Assembly (NCBI GenBank): GCA_944358775.1
Contig: CALVRU010000002.1
Span: forward strand, 7,138-71,137
Reading direction: 5' to 3'
From: an uncultured Bacilli bacterium
GTDB taxonomy: Bacteria; Bacillota_I; Bacilli_A; RF39; UBA660
DNA length: 64,000 bases
A program made the position numbers and the translations under genes. Under the pieces are notes generated by a model, which was not told the origin of the DNA, did no database searches, and saw only the letters and a program-made list of their open reading frames with translations. Positions 42,730 to 51,503 of the stretch are shown piece by piece. How positions within the stretch are numbered: the stretch's first letter is position 1; each line of letters opens with the position of its first letter.

Positions 42730-43800
42730 ATGAAAAATAGAAATAGTTTAATTGATATGATGCGTGCAGTTGGAATTATACTCGTGGTACTTGGACATTG
42801 TCTACCACCTTCATTTTCTTTTTTGAAACGATTTATCTATTTATTCCATTTGCCACTTTTTTTCATGCTATCTGGTTATTTATATAATGAGAAATGTTCT
42901 GATAAACCATGGGAATATATCGGAACGCGGTTAAAGTCGTATTTAAAAGCGTATGTAATCTATGGAAGTGTTTTGGTTTTTCTTCATAATATTTTATATC
43001 GCATGGGACTTTTTACTCCAGGTTATATTGGATATGATTTTCAAGATTTTGTGACTGGCTTTTTTAATACTTTTGTTTTTCTTTCTAACGAACCTTTTTC
43101 TGCGGCCATGTGGTTTATACCAGTTTTGTTTGTCAGTTTGGTTATTTTCAATTTTATTTTTGCTATTACCAATCGAGATACATTAAAAATTGATAAAGAG
43201 AAAGCACGCTTTTTTCTTGTCGTCGTTTTAACTATTTTTGGAATTTATCTTAATACTAATCAGATTGAATTGATGTGGCATTGTCAGACTTGCTTTGTTA
43301 TTTTACCATTTTTATACGTCGGTAATTTGATTCGAAATAAAAAGTTAAAGTGGTTAAAGCCAAATCTCGTCCTTTCGATTATCATTTTATTCTGTGTTTG
43401 CTTTTGTCTGTATTTTGTAGAAGGTTCTGTTGAATTATCACAAAATAGTTTGTGGATTCCGCCACTGTTTTATGTTGGTGCATTTGCAATGATCTACATT
43501 GTTTATACGTGTTGTCACTTTTTACAGTCTCAAAATATTGTAAAAAAATATCTGATTGTAGTAGGGCAAAATACGTTACCTATTATGTGCTTCCATATTT
43601 TGGTATTTAAGTTAATGGATTTTGTAGCAATTACTTTTATTAGTAAAAATTATCCAATCTTGTCTAATTTTACAGTGTCTTATCCAAGTATGTTTGTTTT
43701 CTATACCATTTTTGCAATTTTAGGATCCATATTAATTGATTTTATTTTAAAAAAAATATTTAATAGTTCTAGAAAATTTATAAAGCATTGTTTGGGGTAA
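42730..43800 (+). CDS. acyltransferase family 3 membrane protein (putative glycan O-acetyltransferase)
   Basis: The N-terminus LIDMMRAVGIILVVLGHC is characteristic of Acyl_transf_3. About ten TM helices are predicted. Confidence 0.75.
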   Translation: MKNRNSLIDMMRAVGIILVVLGHCLPPSFSFLKRFIYLFHLPLFFMLSGYLYNEKCSDKPWEYIGTRLKSYLKAYVIYGSVLVFLHNILYRMGLFTPGYIGYDFQDFVTGFFNTFVFLSNEPFSAAMWFIPVLFVSLVIFNFIFAITNRDTLKIDKEKARFFLVVVLTIFGIYLNTNQIELMWHCQTCFVILPFLYVGNLIRNKKLKWLKPNLVLSIIILFCVCFCLYFVEGSVELSQNSLWIPPLFYVGAFAMIYIVYTCCHFLQSQNIVKKYLIVVGQNTLPIMCFHILVFKLMDFVAITFISKNYPILSNFTVSYPSMFVFYTIFAILGSILIDFILKKIFNSSRKFIKHCLG

Positions 43801-44249
43801 ATTGTTACTGATTTGACTTTAAACAATGCTTTATTTATAATGAATATAAGGTGAAGGTTGAAAAAAAATATTGACTAAATAAGAACGCAAAAAAGATTTT
43901 GAAAAAAATCGCAAAATTTTAAGGTTTATAACAAATTAAATAATAGTTGTTGAGGCATTGACTGAAAATTCTCAAACCAGAAAAGCAAGTAATGGTTTTC
44001 ACATAGATAAGGTTCCGTGCTCAAAAAGGCAACACTCATTTGTACACCGAGAATAATCGACACATATAAACATACGGGTTTAAAGATATACTTTAACACC
44101 ACTCACCTCGCCGTGCTCTGTAGTATGCCTAATAACAGTTTATTATTATACAATAGAAGTATAGTGTTGAAAATTTAATTGTTTATTTTCAATTCAATTT
44201 GTGCCTTTCAGAGGACTGAAGGGACGAAAGAAAGGAATGTTAATTAAGC

Positions 44250-45389
44250 GTGAAAAAAATAACAATTTTAGCCTTACATTTAGGATATGGCGGAATAGAA
44301 AAATCAATTTCCGCTCTTGCCAATATGCTATGTGATACCTATGATGTTGAAATTGTATCCAGCTACAAATTATATGATCAACCGGTGTTCGACTTAAATC
44401 CGAAAGTAAAAGTTAAATATTTAATTACAAAATATCAACCGAATCGAGAAGCGTGGAAGAACTCAATCAAGAAAGTAAAGCCGATCGTGTTCCTAAAAGA
44501 AAGTAAAAATAGTATTATGACATTACTACTTCGTCGTCGTACAATGATAAAGACAATCAAACAATGTGATAGTGATATTATCATTTCAACACGCGATCTA
44601 TTTAATAAATGGCTAGGAAAATATGGAAAAAAGAAAACATTAAAAATAGGCTGGGAACATAATCATCATCATGGTGATGTCAGTTATGCGAATAAAGTAG
44701 CATCTTCCAGTGAAAATCTAAATGTTTTGGTATTGGTTTCTGATTCATTACGAGCATTTTATAAGAAGAAAATGAAAAATAGTAAATGTCATTGTGTCTA
44801 TATTCCAAATGTGATTGAAGATCTACCTAAAAAGACCTCTTCTTTAAAAAAACACCGAATTATTTCGGTAGGTCGATTGGCTCGTGAAAAAGGCTATAGT
44901 GATTTATTGGATGTAATGAAATTAGTTCATCAAGAACGACCAGATTGGACACTTGATATTATCGGTGATGGAGCTCAAAAAAACTTGTTAGGAGATCGTA
45001 TATTCAATGAGAATATGAATGATTATATTACATTACACGGATATCAAAAAAAAGAATATATTAATCGTCTTTTACAAGAAAGTTCCATTTATGTAATGAG
45101 TTCGTTCACCGAATCATTTGGAATTGTCTTATTGGAAGCAATGTCATTTGGAATCCCTGTGATTGCCTTTGATTCCGCCGAAGGGGCAACGGAATTAATA
45201 AAAAATGACTACAATGGTTATCTCATTCCAAATCGCGATAAAGAAAAAATGAAAGAACAAATAATTGCCTTAATCGATGAGGAAGATAAAAGAAAAAAAA
45301 TTGGTCAAAATGGACGTACGACAAGTATGAATTTTACTGCGGATATCGTTAAAAAAGAATGGTTAAAATTATTGAAAAAGGGTCGATAA
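44250..45389 (+). CDS. glycosyltransferase family 4 (GT-B)
   Basis: ESFGIVLLEAMSFGIPVIAFD...GYLIP is the GT4 signature. It has a GTG start. Confidence 0.75.
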   Translation: MKKITILALHLGYGGIEKSISALANMLCDTYDVEIVSSYKLYDQPVFDLNPKVKVKYLITKYQPNREAWKNSIKKVKPIVFLKESKNSIMTLLLRRRTMIKTIKQCDSDIIISTRDLFNKWLGKYGKKKTLKIGWEHNHHHGDVSYANKVASSSENLNVLVLVSDSLRAFYKKKMKNSKCHCVYIPNVIEDLPKKTSSLKKHRIISVGRLAREKGYSDLLDVMKLVHQERPDWTLDIIGDGAQKNLLGDRIFNENMNDYITLHGYQKKEYINRLLQESSIYVMSSFTESFGIVLLEAMSFGIPVIAFDSAEGATELIKNDYNGYLIPNRDKEKMKEQIIALIDEEDKRKKIGQNGRTTSMNFTADIVKKEWLKLLKKGR

Positions 45390-45390
45390 T

Positions 45391-45867
45391 ATGAAAAAAA
45401 AGAAAGTATTATTTATTTCTAGTACAGGAGGACATTTATCGGAAATGATGCAATTGTCACCGATGTTTTCCAAATATGATTATCATATCATTACCGAGAA
45501 GACGAAATCGAATCTTACATTAACAAAAAAATATGCGAACCATGTGAATTTTTTAGTCTATGGAACGAAAGATCACATTTTAACGTATCCTTTTAAATTG
45601 ATTTGGAACTGCTTTAAAAGTCTTTATTTTTATATTAAAATCAGACCGATGTTTATTATTACAACGGGGGCGCATACCGCTGGTCCGATGTGTTGCATTG
45701 GTAAAATTTTTGGCAGTAAGATCATCTACATTGAAACATTTGCCAATATGAATACGAAAACGGTCACTGGGCGCCTCATTTATCATTTTGCAGACTTATT
45801 TATTGTTCAGTGGGAAAGTATGTTAAAACTATACCCTAAAGCAGTTTATGGAGGGTGGATTTATTAA
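45391..45867 (+). CDS. Alg14-like glycosyltransferase membrane-anchor subunit (PssD/Cps14F-like)
   Basis: It is 158 aa with the N-terminus KKVLFISSTGGHLSEMMQL and lies immediately upstream of an Alg13-like gene. Confidence 0.6.
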   Translation: MKKKKVLFISSTGGHLSEMMQLSPMFSKYDYHIITEKTKSNLTLTKKYANHVNFLVYGTKDHILTYPFKLIWNCFKSLYFYIKIRPMFIITTGAHTAGPMCCIGKIFGSKIIYIETFANMNTKTVTGRLIYHFADLFIVQWESMLKLYPKAVYGGWIY

Positions 45868-46778
45868 TGATTTTAGTGACATTAGGAACACAAGACAAAG
45901 AGTTTCCAAGACTCTTACAAGCCATTGAAAAACAGATTGAGAAAGGAAATATCAAAGAAGACGTAATTGTTCAAGCCGGTTGTACAAAATTCACATCGAA
46001 ATATATGAAAATATTTGACTTGATTCCAACCGATGAATTTGATGACTTAGTAAATAAGTGTGATTTATTAATTACGCACGGTGGAGTTGGATCGATTTTA
46101 ACCGGACTAAATCATCATAAAAAAGTGATTGCGGCCCCACGTTTAGCAAAATACAAAGAGCACACGAACGATCATCAAAAACAAATTGTCCGAAAATTTT
46201 CAGAAGAAGGATATATTTTAGAATTAAGAGATATGAACCAGCTCAATAAGGTATTGATGAAAGCCAAAACCTTTAAACCAAAAAAATATAAGAGCAATAC
46301 AGAACACATGATCCAATTGATCGAAAAGTATATAGATGGAGTAGAAAGAAAAAATATGAAACAAAAAATACAAGAATTATGGAAAAAATACAAAGAGATC
46401 ATTCTTTATTTAATCTTTGGCGTATTGACGACAGTCGTCAGTTTAGTACTTTATTATTTACTTGTGTTTACAATACTTGATCCAAATAACGCAATTCAAT
46501 TACAAATTGCAAATATTATTTCTTGGGTTGGCTCAGTCGCATTTGCCTATGTAACAAATCGTAAATTTGTTTTTGAGAGTAAGAATCAAAACAAAATAAA
46601 AGAAGCAACAAGTTTTGTAATGGCTCGTGTCGCAACATTAATAATGGATATGGCGATTATGTTTGTGGGCGTTACTATTCTTCATAGTAATGATAAAATT
46701 ATGAAGTTAATTTCCCAAGTAGTAGTAATTATTGCAAACTATGTATTTAGTAAACTATTTGTATTTCGGAAAAAATAA
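45867..46778 (+). CDS. Alg13-like glycosyltransferase catalytic subunit (Glyco_tran_28_C, PssE/Cps14G-like) fused to a C-terminal GtrA-like four-TM domain
   Basis: The N-terminus reads MILVTLGTQDK...LLITHGGVGSIL. The C-terminal ~130 aa have the GtrA signature (...ISWVGSVAFAYVTNRKFVFES...). The ORF is open from a GTG at 45855. The ATG at 45867 has GGAGGG upstream. Confidence 0.6.
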   Translation: MILVTLGTQDKEFPRLLQAIEKQIEKGNIKEDVIVQAGCTKFTSKYMKIFDLIPTDEFDDLVNKCDLLITHGGVGSILTGLNHHKKVIAAPRLAKYKEHTNDHQKQIVRKFSEEGYILELRDMNQLNKVLMKAKTFKPKKYKSNTEHMIQLIEKYIDGVERKNMKQKIQELWKKYKEIILYLIFGVLTTVVSLVLYYLLVFTILDPNNAIQLQIANIISWVGSVAFAYVTNRKFVFESKNQNKIKEATSFVMARVATLIMDMAIMFVGVTILHSNDKIMKLISQVVVIIANYVFSKLFVFRKK

Positions 46779-46878
46779 TGTATAGATATGACAAGCATTG
46801 CTTTTTCGACAGAAATAGAGTATTTACTTTATGAAAAGTATGTTATAATATAATTGCATAATAGTAGGTGCAAAAGAA

Positions 46879-48249
46879 TTGTATAAGGAGGGAAATGAGA
46901 TGAAAAAAGCAAAATTGTTAGTACTAAGTATTATGTGTCTTGGATTGTTATTGGTGCCTCAATTGGTAAATGCAAAAGAAATTACAGTTGAGAACACGAA
47001 TAAAATTCAAGATATCATCAATGATGAAGCAACCGAAGCGGGCGATGTTTTATTATTACAAGACGGAACTTATCAAGGTGATCTTACAATCAATAAAGAT
47101 CTTACTTTGAAAGGAAGCGATCCTACCAAAGTAATTATTGAGGGAGGCGTTACGATTTCTGGAAATGTTACACTAGAAAATGTAACAGTCGAAGCTGCTC
47201 AAGAACAATTGGTAGATATTGCTGGAAAGGAAAATGGTACAGTCAATATAACTAATTGCAACATTCGTTATAAAGATTATGTAGAAAACGAAGATTATGG
47301 AAAAGCTTACTGGACCTATGGAATTCGTTTAAGCAAAACAGCGAATGGAACTACTTTAAACGTAACAAATTCAAAAATTGATGCACAATATGCAATTTGG
47401 GTACATGGCGAAAAGAACAATGTTACAATCGATCAATCAGAAGTAACTGGTTGGGCTGCCTTAGATATTTCAAACGGTAGTAGTGCGAAAGAAACTGCAA
47501 ATGACAATGTAGTTTCTGTAACAAATTCTAAATTAATCGGAATCAGTTACCAGGCAGTAAATCCGACAAATGGATATGGAACGATTGTAATCGGTGGACA
47601 AACCGGATTAGAATTGTTGATTCAAGATTCAGAAGTGTCGAATGCAATTACCACTGCTAATCCACTTAACTTAATTATGTTTGGAGACTCTTATTTAGCA
47701 AGTTCAAAAGTTACGATTGCCATCGATAATTCAAAATTAATTAATAATGATAAAAGTGGAAATAGTTATGTTTATAACTATGGAACAGAAGAAATGGCTT
47801 CACCAGTCAGTGAAAATATGATTATGACTACACCAACGACGACGATTACAGCTGAAGAAGGAACAATTAATGCAGAGATTGCAGGTTATATCAATTTAAC
47901 ACTTACGACATTTGATGGTAGTGCTATCATGAAGGTTCCAACAGGTCTCGTTATGCCTCAACCAGAAGATCCAAATGTAGATGGTTACACGTTTGATGGT
48001 TGGTATCAAGATGCAGACTATAAAACAGTGTTTGATTTTACACAACCATTAAATCAAGATACGACGATCTATGCAAAATATACGAAAATAGAAGAAACAC
48101 CAACACCAGAACCTACACCAGGACAAGATGAAGAAGAAAACCCAAGTACTTCAGATATTAATATGCCAGTATTATTATCAATCGGAGGTCTATCACTTGT
48201 CGGTTTCGTAATCACTGTGAAAAAAAGATTAGATCGTAATCATGCTTAA
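46879..48249 (+). CDS. cell-surface protein with a parallel beta-helix region, a Listeria/Bacteroides repeat (Flg_new) and a C-terminal TM anchor
   Basis: It has a signal peptide and NxT-rich beta-helix repeats. YTFDGWYQDADYKTVFDFTQPLNQDTTIYAKYT matches the Flg_new repeat. The C-terminus is a hydrophobic stretch followed by KKRLDRNHA. No LPXTG motif is present. Confidence 0.55.
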   Translation: MYKEGNEMKKAKLLVLSIMCLGLLLVPQLVNAKEITVENTNKIQDIINDEATEAGDVLLLQDGTYQGDLTINKDLTLKGSDPTKVIIEGGVTISGNVTLENVTVEAAQEQLVDIAGKENGTVNITNCNIRYKDYVENEDYGKAYWTYGIRLSKTANGTTLNVTNSKIDAQYAIWVHGEKNNVTIDQSEVTGWAALDISNGSSAKETANDNVVSVTNSKLIGISYQAVNPTNGYGTIVIGGQTGLELLIQDSEVSNAITTANPLNLIMFGDSYLASSKVTIAIDNSKLINNDKSGNSYVYNYGTEEMASPVSENMIMTTPTTTITAEEGTINAEIAGYINLTLTTFDGSAIMKVPTGLVMPQPEDPNVDGYTFDGWYQDADYKTVFDFTQPLNQDTTIYAKYTKIEETPTPEPTPGQDEEENPSTSDINMPVLLSIGGLSLVGFVITVKKRLDRNHA

Positions 48250-48251
48250 TG

Positions 48252-48282
48252 GAAAAAGGATACAAAAAGTATCCTTTTTTAT
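48252..48282 (+). terminator. Rho-independent terminator
   Basis: Hairpin AAAGGATAC-aaaaa-GTATCCTTT followed by TTTATTT. Confidence 0.55.
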
Positions 48283-48377
48283 TTGAAAAAAATAAAAGTA
48301 CGCAAACGAAATATATTTAAAAACTATTTCTGATTGCGTACTTGAAAAGATGTAATTTCTGTCGTTACAGAGATTTT

Positions 48378-48848
48378 TTATTTGCAAGTATAATCTTTTA
48401 GATTCTGTTCTTTGAATTCATCGATCGTTATATCTTTTGAAGAATAGAAAGATTCTGCATCGAAATTATCGCCGAATACATTTTTTAAAGCTTCTGTATC
48501 TAATTTTGTGTAATCGACAGTTACAACGTATTTTACATGTGTGTCATCCTCTTTGGAATAAGTAGCATTAAAACCATTTATTTCATTTAAAGCGCTTGCA
48601 AAAGTATTTCCAAATGATATCGTCATATCGATATAATTTGCATCCGTTTCAGAAATATTAATGTTTTCAACTGTAGTAACTTTATTGTTTTCATAAGTTA
48701 CATTCATCGTATCTGTCACTTCATAACCATCTTCATCGGTGCTTGTTTTGGTACAAGAGAGTTTGCCGGTATCCGAATTATTGCCACAGCCGGTAACAGT
48801 GAATAAACACAATGCTCCCATTGCAATAAATAGAATTCTTTTGAACAT
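48378..48848 (-). CDS. lipoprotein, possibly a superinfection-exclusion or moron gene of the phage-derived locus
   Basis: It has a signal peptide with the lipobox LFTVTGC. It lies downstream of ImmA in the same orientation. Confidence 0.6.
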   Translation of the reverse strand: MFKRILFIAMGALCLFTVTGCGNNSDTGKLSCTKTSTDEDGYEVTDTMNVTYENNKVTTVENINISETDANYIDMTISFGNTFASALNEINGFNATYSKEDDTHVKYVVTVDYTKLDTEALKNVFGDNFDAESFYSSKDITIDEFKEQNLKDYTCK

Positions 48849-48905
48849 CGTTACACCTCCTTTACTTCTAATATTTTTATTAAAAGCACCTGTACTAGCG
48901 CACCT

Positions 48906-49226
48906 TTAATCATTCTTCATTGTTTCTAGTAGAAATTGAATATAACTGTCCGCTTCATCTTCACAGTCGTCAATTCGAAATGCAAAAAGATCACGATCAA
49001 GTTGACCAAGATGACTTAATTCGATGTGAGCCAGCTCATGTAGAACAGTCTTTCTTCGCAGGTAATAGGTTAGTTTTTTGTTGATAATGATATGATAAAT
49101 CGAACGATATAAAAAGACAAAGCCTCTTATATTGTCTGGTAGATCTTCATAAGAGATAGACGCATTATAATAATTTAGAAGATCTTGTTGAGTGATGTCT
49201 CCACGTAACAAATTAATAATTTCCAT
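48906..49226 (-). CDS. ImmA/IrrE family metallo-endopeptidase
   Basis: The HEXXH motif (LHELAHIELSH) is present. The gene is paired with an upstream XRE repressor. Confidence 0.7.
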   Translation of the reverse strand: MEIINLLRGDITQQDLLNYYNASISYEDLPDNIRGFVFLYRSIYHIIINKKLTYYLRRKTVLHELAHIELSHLGQLDRDLFAFRIDDCEDEADSYIQFLLETMKND

Positions 49227-49354
49227 ATTACTTACTCCTTTAGAATAAGTACCTATACTAGCATACTATATTTTTTGTATCCTCAAAAGGGAAAAACATA
49301 TACTTAAAATAATGGTTGTATTGGAAAGCTTTGTATATTGAAATAAAATAATTG

Positions 49355-49711
49355 CTATTCGGAATCAAATCCTAATTGCTTGTCGACTTCTTTTTTTCTT
49401 TTTTCAATAATAAAACGAATCATCTCTTTATCATCTTCGGTCAATATTTTTTTGTTCTTGTCAAATAAAATTTCAACCTCATCAAAATTAATGTTATTTT
49501 CTTTAGTTAAATCTTTTCCTAATAAATCGGATAGTGAAACATTAAGAGCATCTGCTAACTTGACAGCATTATCTACCGTTGTTTCGATTTCACCATTTTC
49601 GATTCTTGATATAGTAGATCGATCGATGGCGACTTTATCCGCCAATTCTTGTTGAGAGAAACCATTAATAATTCTTAAATGTTTAACGTTCTTATTTAAA
49701 AATTCAGCCAT
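49355..49711 (-). CDS. XRE-family HTH repressor (CI/ImmR-like)
   Basis: The HTH is QQELADKVAIDRSTISRIENGE. It is divergent from a Cro-like gene. Confidence 0.75.
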   Translation of the reverse strand: MAEFLNKNVKHLRIINGFSQQELADKVAIDRSTISRIENGEIETTVDNAVKLADALNVSLSDLLGKDLTKENNINFDEVEILFDKNKKILTEDDKEMIRFIIEKRKKEVDKQLGFDSE

Positions 49712-49777
49712 TGTTCTCCTCCTAACATCTTAATTATATCATAGAAAAGAGAAAGAGCAACCAAAAATGTGTAAACT

Positions 49778-49819
49778 TGCACAAAAAGAATTGACTTTGT
49801 GCATATAATCACATATAAT
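49778..49819 (+). promoter_or_regulatory. rightward promoter (TTGACT-17-TATAAT) with an overlapping operator-like inverted repeat, forming a CI/Cro-type switch region
   Basis: The -35 TTGACT is at 49791-49796 and the -10 TATAAT at 49814-49819, with a 17-nt spacer. The inverted repeat TGCACAAA (49778-49785) / TTTGTGCA (49796-49803) straddles the -35. Confidence 0.55.
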
Positions 49820-49841
49820 GATGGAGAATAGGAGGAATAAA

Positions 49842-50063
49842 ATGCTGGAAGCGATTGGAACAGAACTAAAAGTAATTCGCGTCAGAAAAGGATTAAAATT
49901 AAAAGATGTAGCAAATGATTTAGGAATTAATAACAAAACATTAGGAAGATATGAAACGAATGCAATGGGATTATCGGTAGAAAGACTCGAAGAAATTTTG
50001 AATTATTACAGCATAGATAAAAATATTTTTTTTAAAAATATATGTGATAATATGCACAAATGA
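49842..50063 (+). CDS. XRE-family HTH protein (Cro-like)
   Basis: The HTH is LKLKDVANDLGINNKTLGRYE. The RBS is AGGAGG 5 nt upstream of the ATG. Confidence 0.65.
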   Translation: MLEAIGTELKVIRVRKGLKLKDVANDLGINNKTLGRYETNAMGLSVERLEEILNYYSIDKNIFFKNICDNMHK

Positions 50064-50422
50064 TAAGAGGAGTAGAGATTATATTGATAAGTCAAGGAGG
50101 TGAATAAAACGAAAAGACTAGTACTAAAAGAACACTGGAAAGAACGATTTGCGAACTTAATGTTCTTCATAGGGATTGTAATATTTCTATCTTTCGCAAC
50201 AATCAGAATTTCAAGTTTAGGAGGATAAAATGAAACAACAAAAAAGAGAACCCAACCACCAAGTAAAAGTTCCCTTTGTTCTGATGAACGACTAAATTAT
50301 ATCATAAGACGATGACAGAAACAATAATGAGAACAGGATTGTTCTAGATATACCAAAAAAAGAAACAGAAAAATAGAGTGGAGTGAGTTTTATCAATTTA
50401 CTCTTAGAAAAGGAGGAGAAAA

Positions 50423-50842
50423 ATGACTTTAAAAGAGGCAAATAAAGAATTAGAAAAGTTAGAAAATGATTACGAATTTTTTCTAAATGAAAAGGCAGAA
50501 ATCGAAGGCATTGTATTACCAAAATCACCTTCGTACCAACAGGAGAAAGTAGATGGTGGGAAACGCCAAGATCTATTAGCAAAGTACGTCGAGTTAAAAG
50601 ATCTAAAAGCGATTGATGAAACGTTAAATTATATTTCACGGCAGAAAAAAAGTATTATGAAATGGATCGAAAATGAATTGAAAATTTTAGAAAAATATAG
50701 CGATATAGAAAGATTGATTGTCCATTATAAGGAGGAGGACACACGAAACCTAACATGGCTACAAATTGCTCAATTGGTTCACTATTCTTCCCCTCAATGT
50801 CGGCGGATTTATCAAAACTACAAAAGAAAAAGAAATGCATAA
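50423..50842 (+). CDS. putative late-gene transcriptional regulator (sigma-70 region-4-like HTH, ArpU/RinA-like); function inferred
   Basis: It has a strong RBS (AAAGGAGGAG). A C-terminal HTH-like segment (TWLQIAQLVHYSSPQCRRIYQNYKRK) is present. It sits between the regulatory and structural modules. Confidence 0.35.
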   Translation: MTLKEANKELEKLENDYEFFLNEKAEIEGIVLPKSPSYQQEKVDGGKRQDLLAKYVELKDLKAIDETLNYISRQKKSIMKWIENELKILEKYSDIERLIVHYKEEDTRNLTWLQIAQLVHYSSPQCRRIYQNYKRKRNA

Positions 50843-51073
50843 TTTCTTTTTTATTGATTTCAAATTGTGATTTTCTAAGCGAAAACAATTGCCCGGAGAC
50901 AATATAGTATGTTCTTCGATGAAAGATAGAATAATTAGATGACTCGCACATGTCTATCCTTTTTTAGGATGAGCACCCATGATCACTTTTTTTTGATAAA
51001 TTGGTATTGTGATAAATTAGAAACAACAAGAATTGTTGAATATGGATTTTCTATGATAAGGAGGTAATGATAA

Positions 51074-51154
51074 ATGAGCGATGCGGTAATTATTACATTG
51101 ATGGTTTGTATAACTTTAGTAGGATTAGCTTATTTAGGAAAAGAAAAAAAATAG
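51074..51154 (+). CDS. 26-aa hydrophobic peptide (MSDAVIITLMVCITLVGLAYLGKEKK); candidate small membrane protein or type-I-toxin-like peptide
   Basis: A GGAGG sits 9 nt upstream of the ATG. The peptide is a single TM helix followed by a KEKK tail. Confidence 0.3.
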   Translation: MSDAVIITLMVCITLVGLAYLGKEKK

Positions 51155-51425
51155 AGATATTAGAAATATGAAAAAGAACAAAGAAAAATTAGAGAACCCA
51201 TTTTGTGATTTCTCTTTTTTTATGCGTCATCGCTGTAATGGATGTATTCGATCGAAAAAGTGTGAGGAGTGGAATGATGAAAATCGGAATAAACGAAATC
51301 GGAATCATTGCTATAGCCGTCATCCTAATAATTTGCTATCTCCGAAGCGGAAGAAATAAATAATGTTGGCGTTCGTAAGATGTAAGTCCAATCAATTGAC
51401 AGCTTCCTACTATCTGGAAAAATAT

Positions 51426-51503
51426 CGCAGGATAGAGTAGCCTGGTTAGCTCGCCAGTGTCGTTAGCTGGAGAACGTGGGTTCAAATCCCACTCCTGCAA
51501 CCA
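51426..51503 (+). tRNA. tRNA, 78 nt with CCA encoded; hand-folded anticodon CGU (Thr) but with an atypical anticodon loop
   Basis: A full cloverleaf folds. The acceptor stem is CGCAGGA/TCCTGCA with a C1·A72 mismatch. The D-arm is GAGT/GCTC with loop AGCCTGGTTA. The anticodon stem is CCAGT/GCTGG with loop GTCGTTA. The variable loop is AGAAC. The T-arm is GTGGG-TTCAAAT-CCCAC. The 3' end is ACCA. Confidence 0.65.

Noticed and set aside
46879-48249. A sortase (LPXTG) anchoring signal on the beta-helix surface protein.
   Set aside because: No LPXTG-like pentapeptide precedes the C-terminal hydrophobic segment. It is treated as a TM-anchored protein.
50292-50951. Two minus-strand ORFs (115 and 98 aa) in the phage regulatory region.
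   Set aside because: They are antisense to the well-supported plus-strand regulator gene (strong RBS), have no RBS of their own and have low-complexity products.
51168-51359. A 63-aa Cys-containing ORF as a zinc-finger protein.
   Set aside because: It has only a weak RBS (GAGA) and a very basic low-complexity tail. It is too uncertain to list as a gene.
51426-51503. Initiator tRNA-fMet, suggested by the C1·A72 acceptor mismatch.
   Set aside because: The anticodon loop does not contain CAU, and the anticodon stem lacks the three consecutive G-C pairs typical of initiator tRNAs. It is treated as an elongator tRNA, anticodon CGU by hand fold, with an odd U37.
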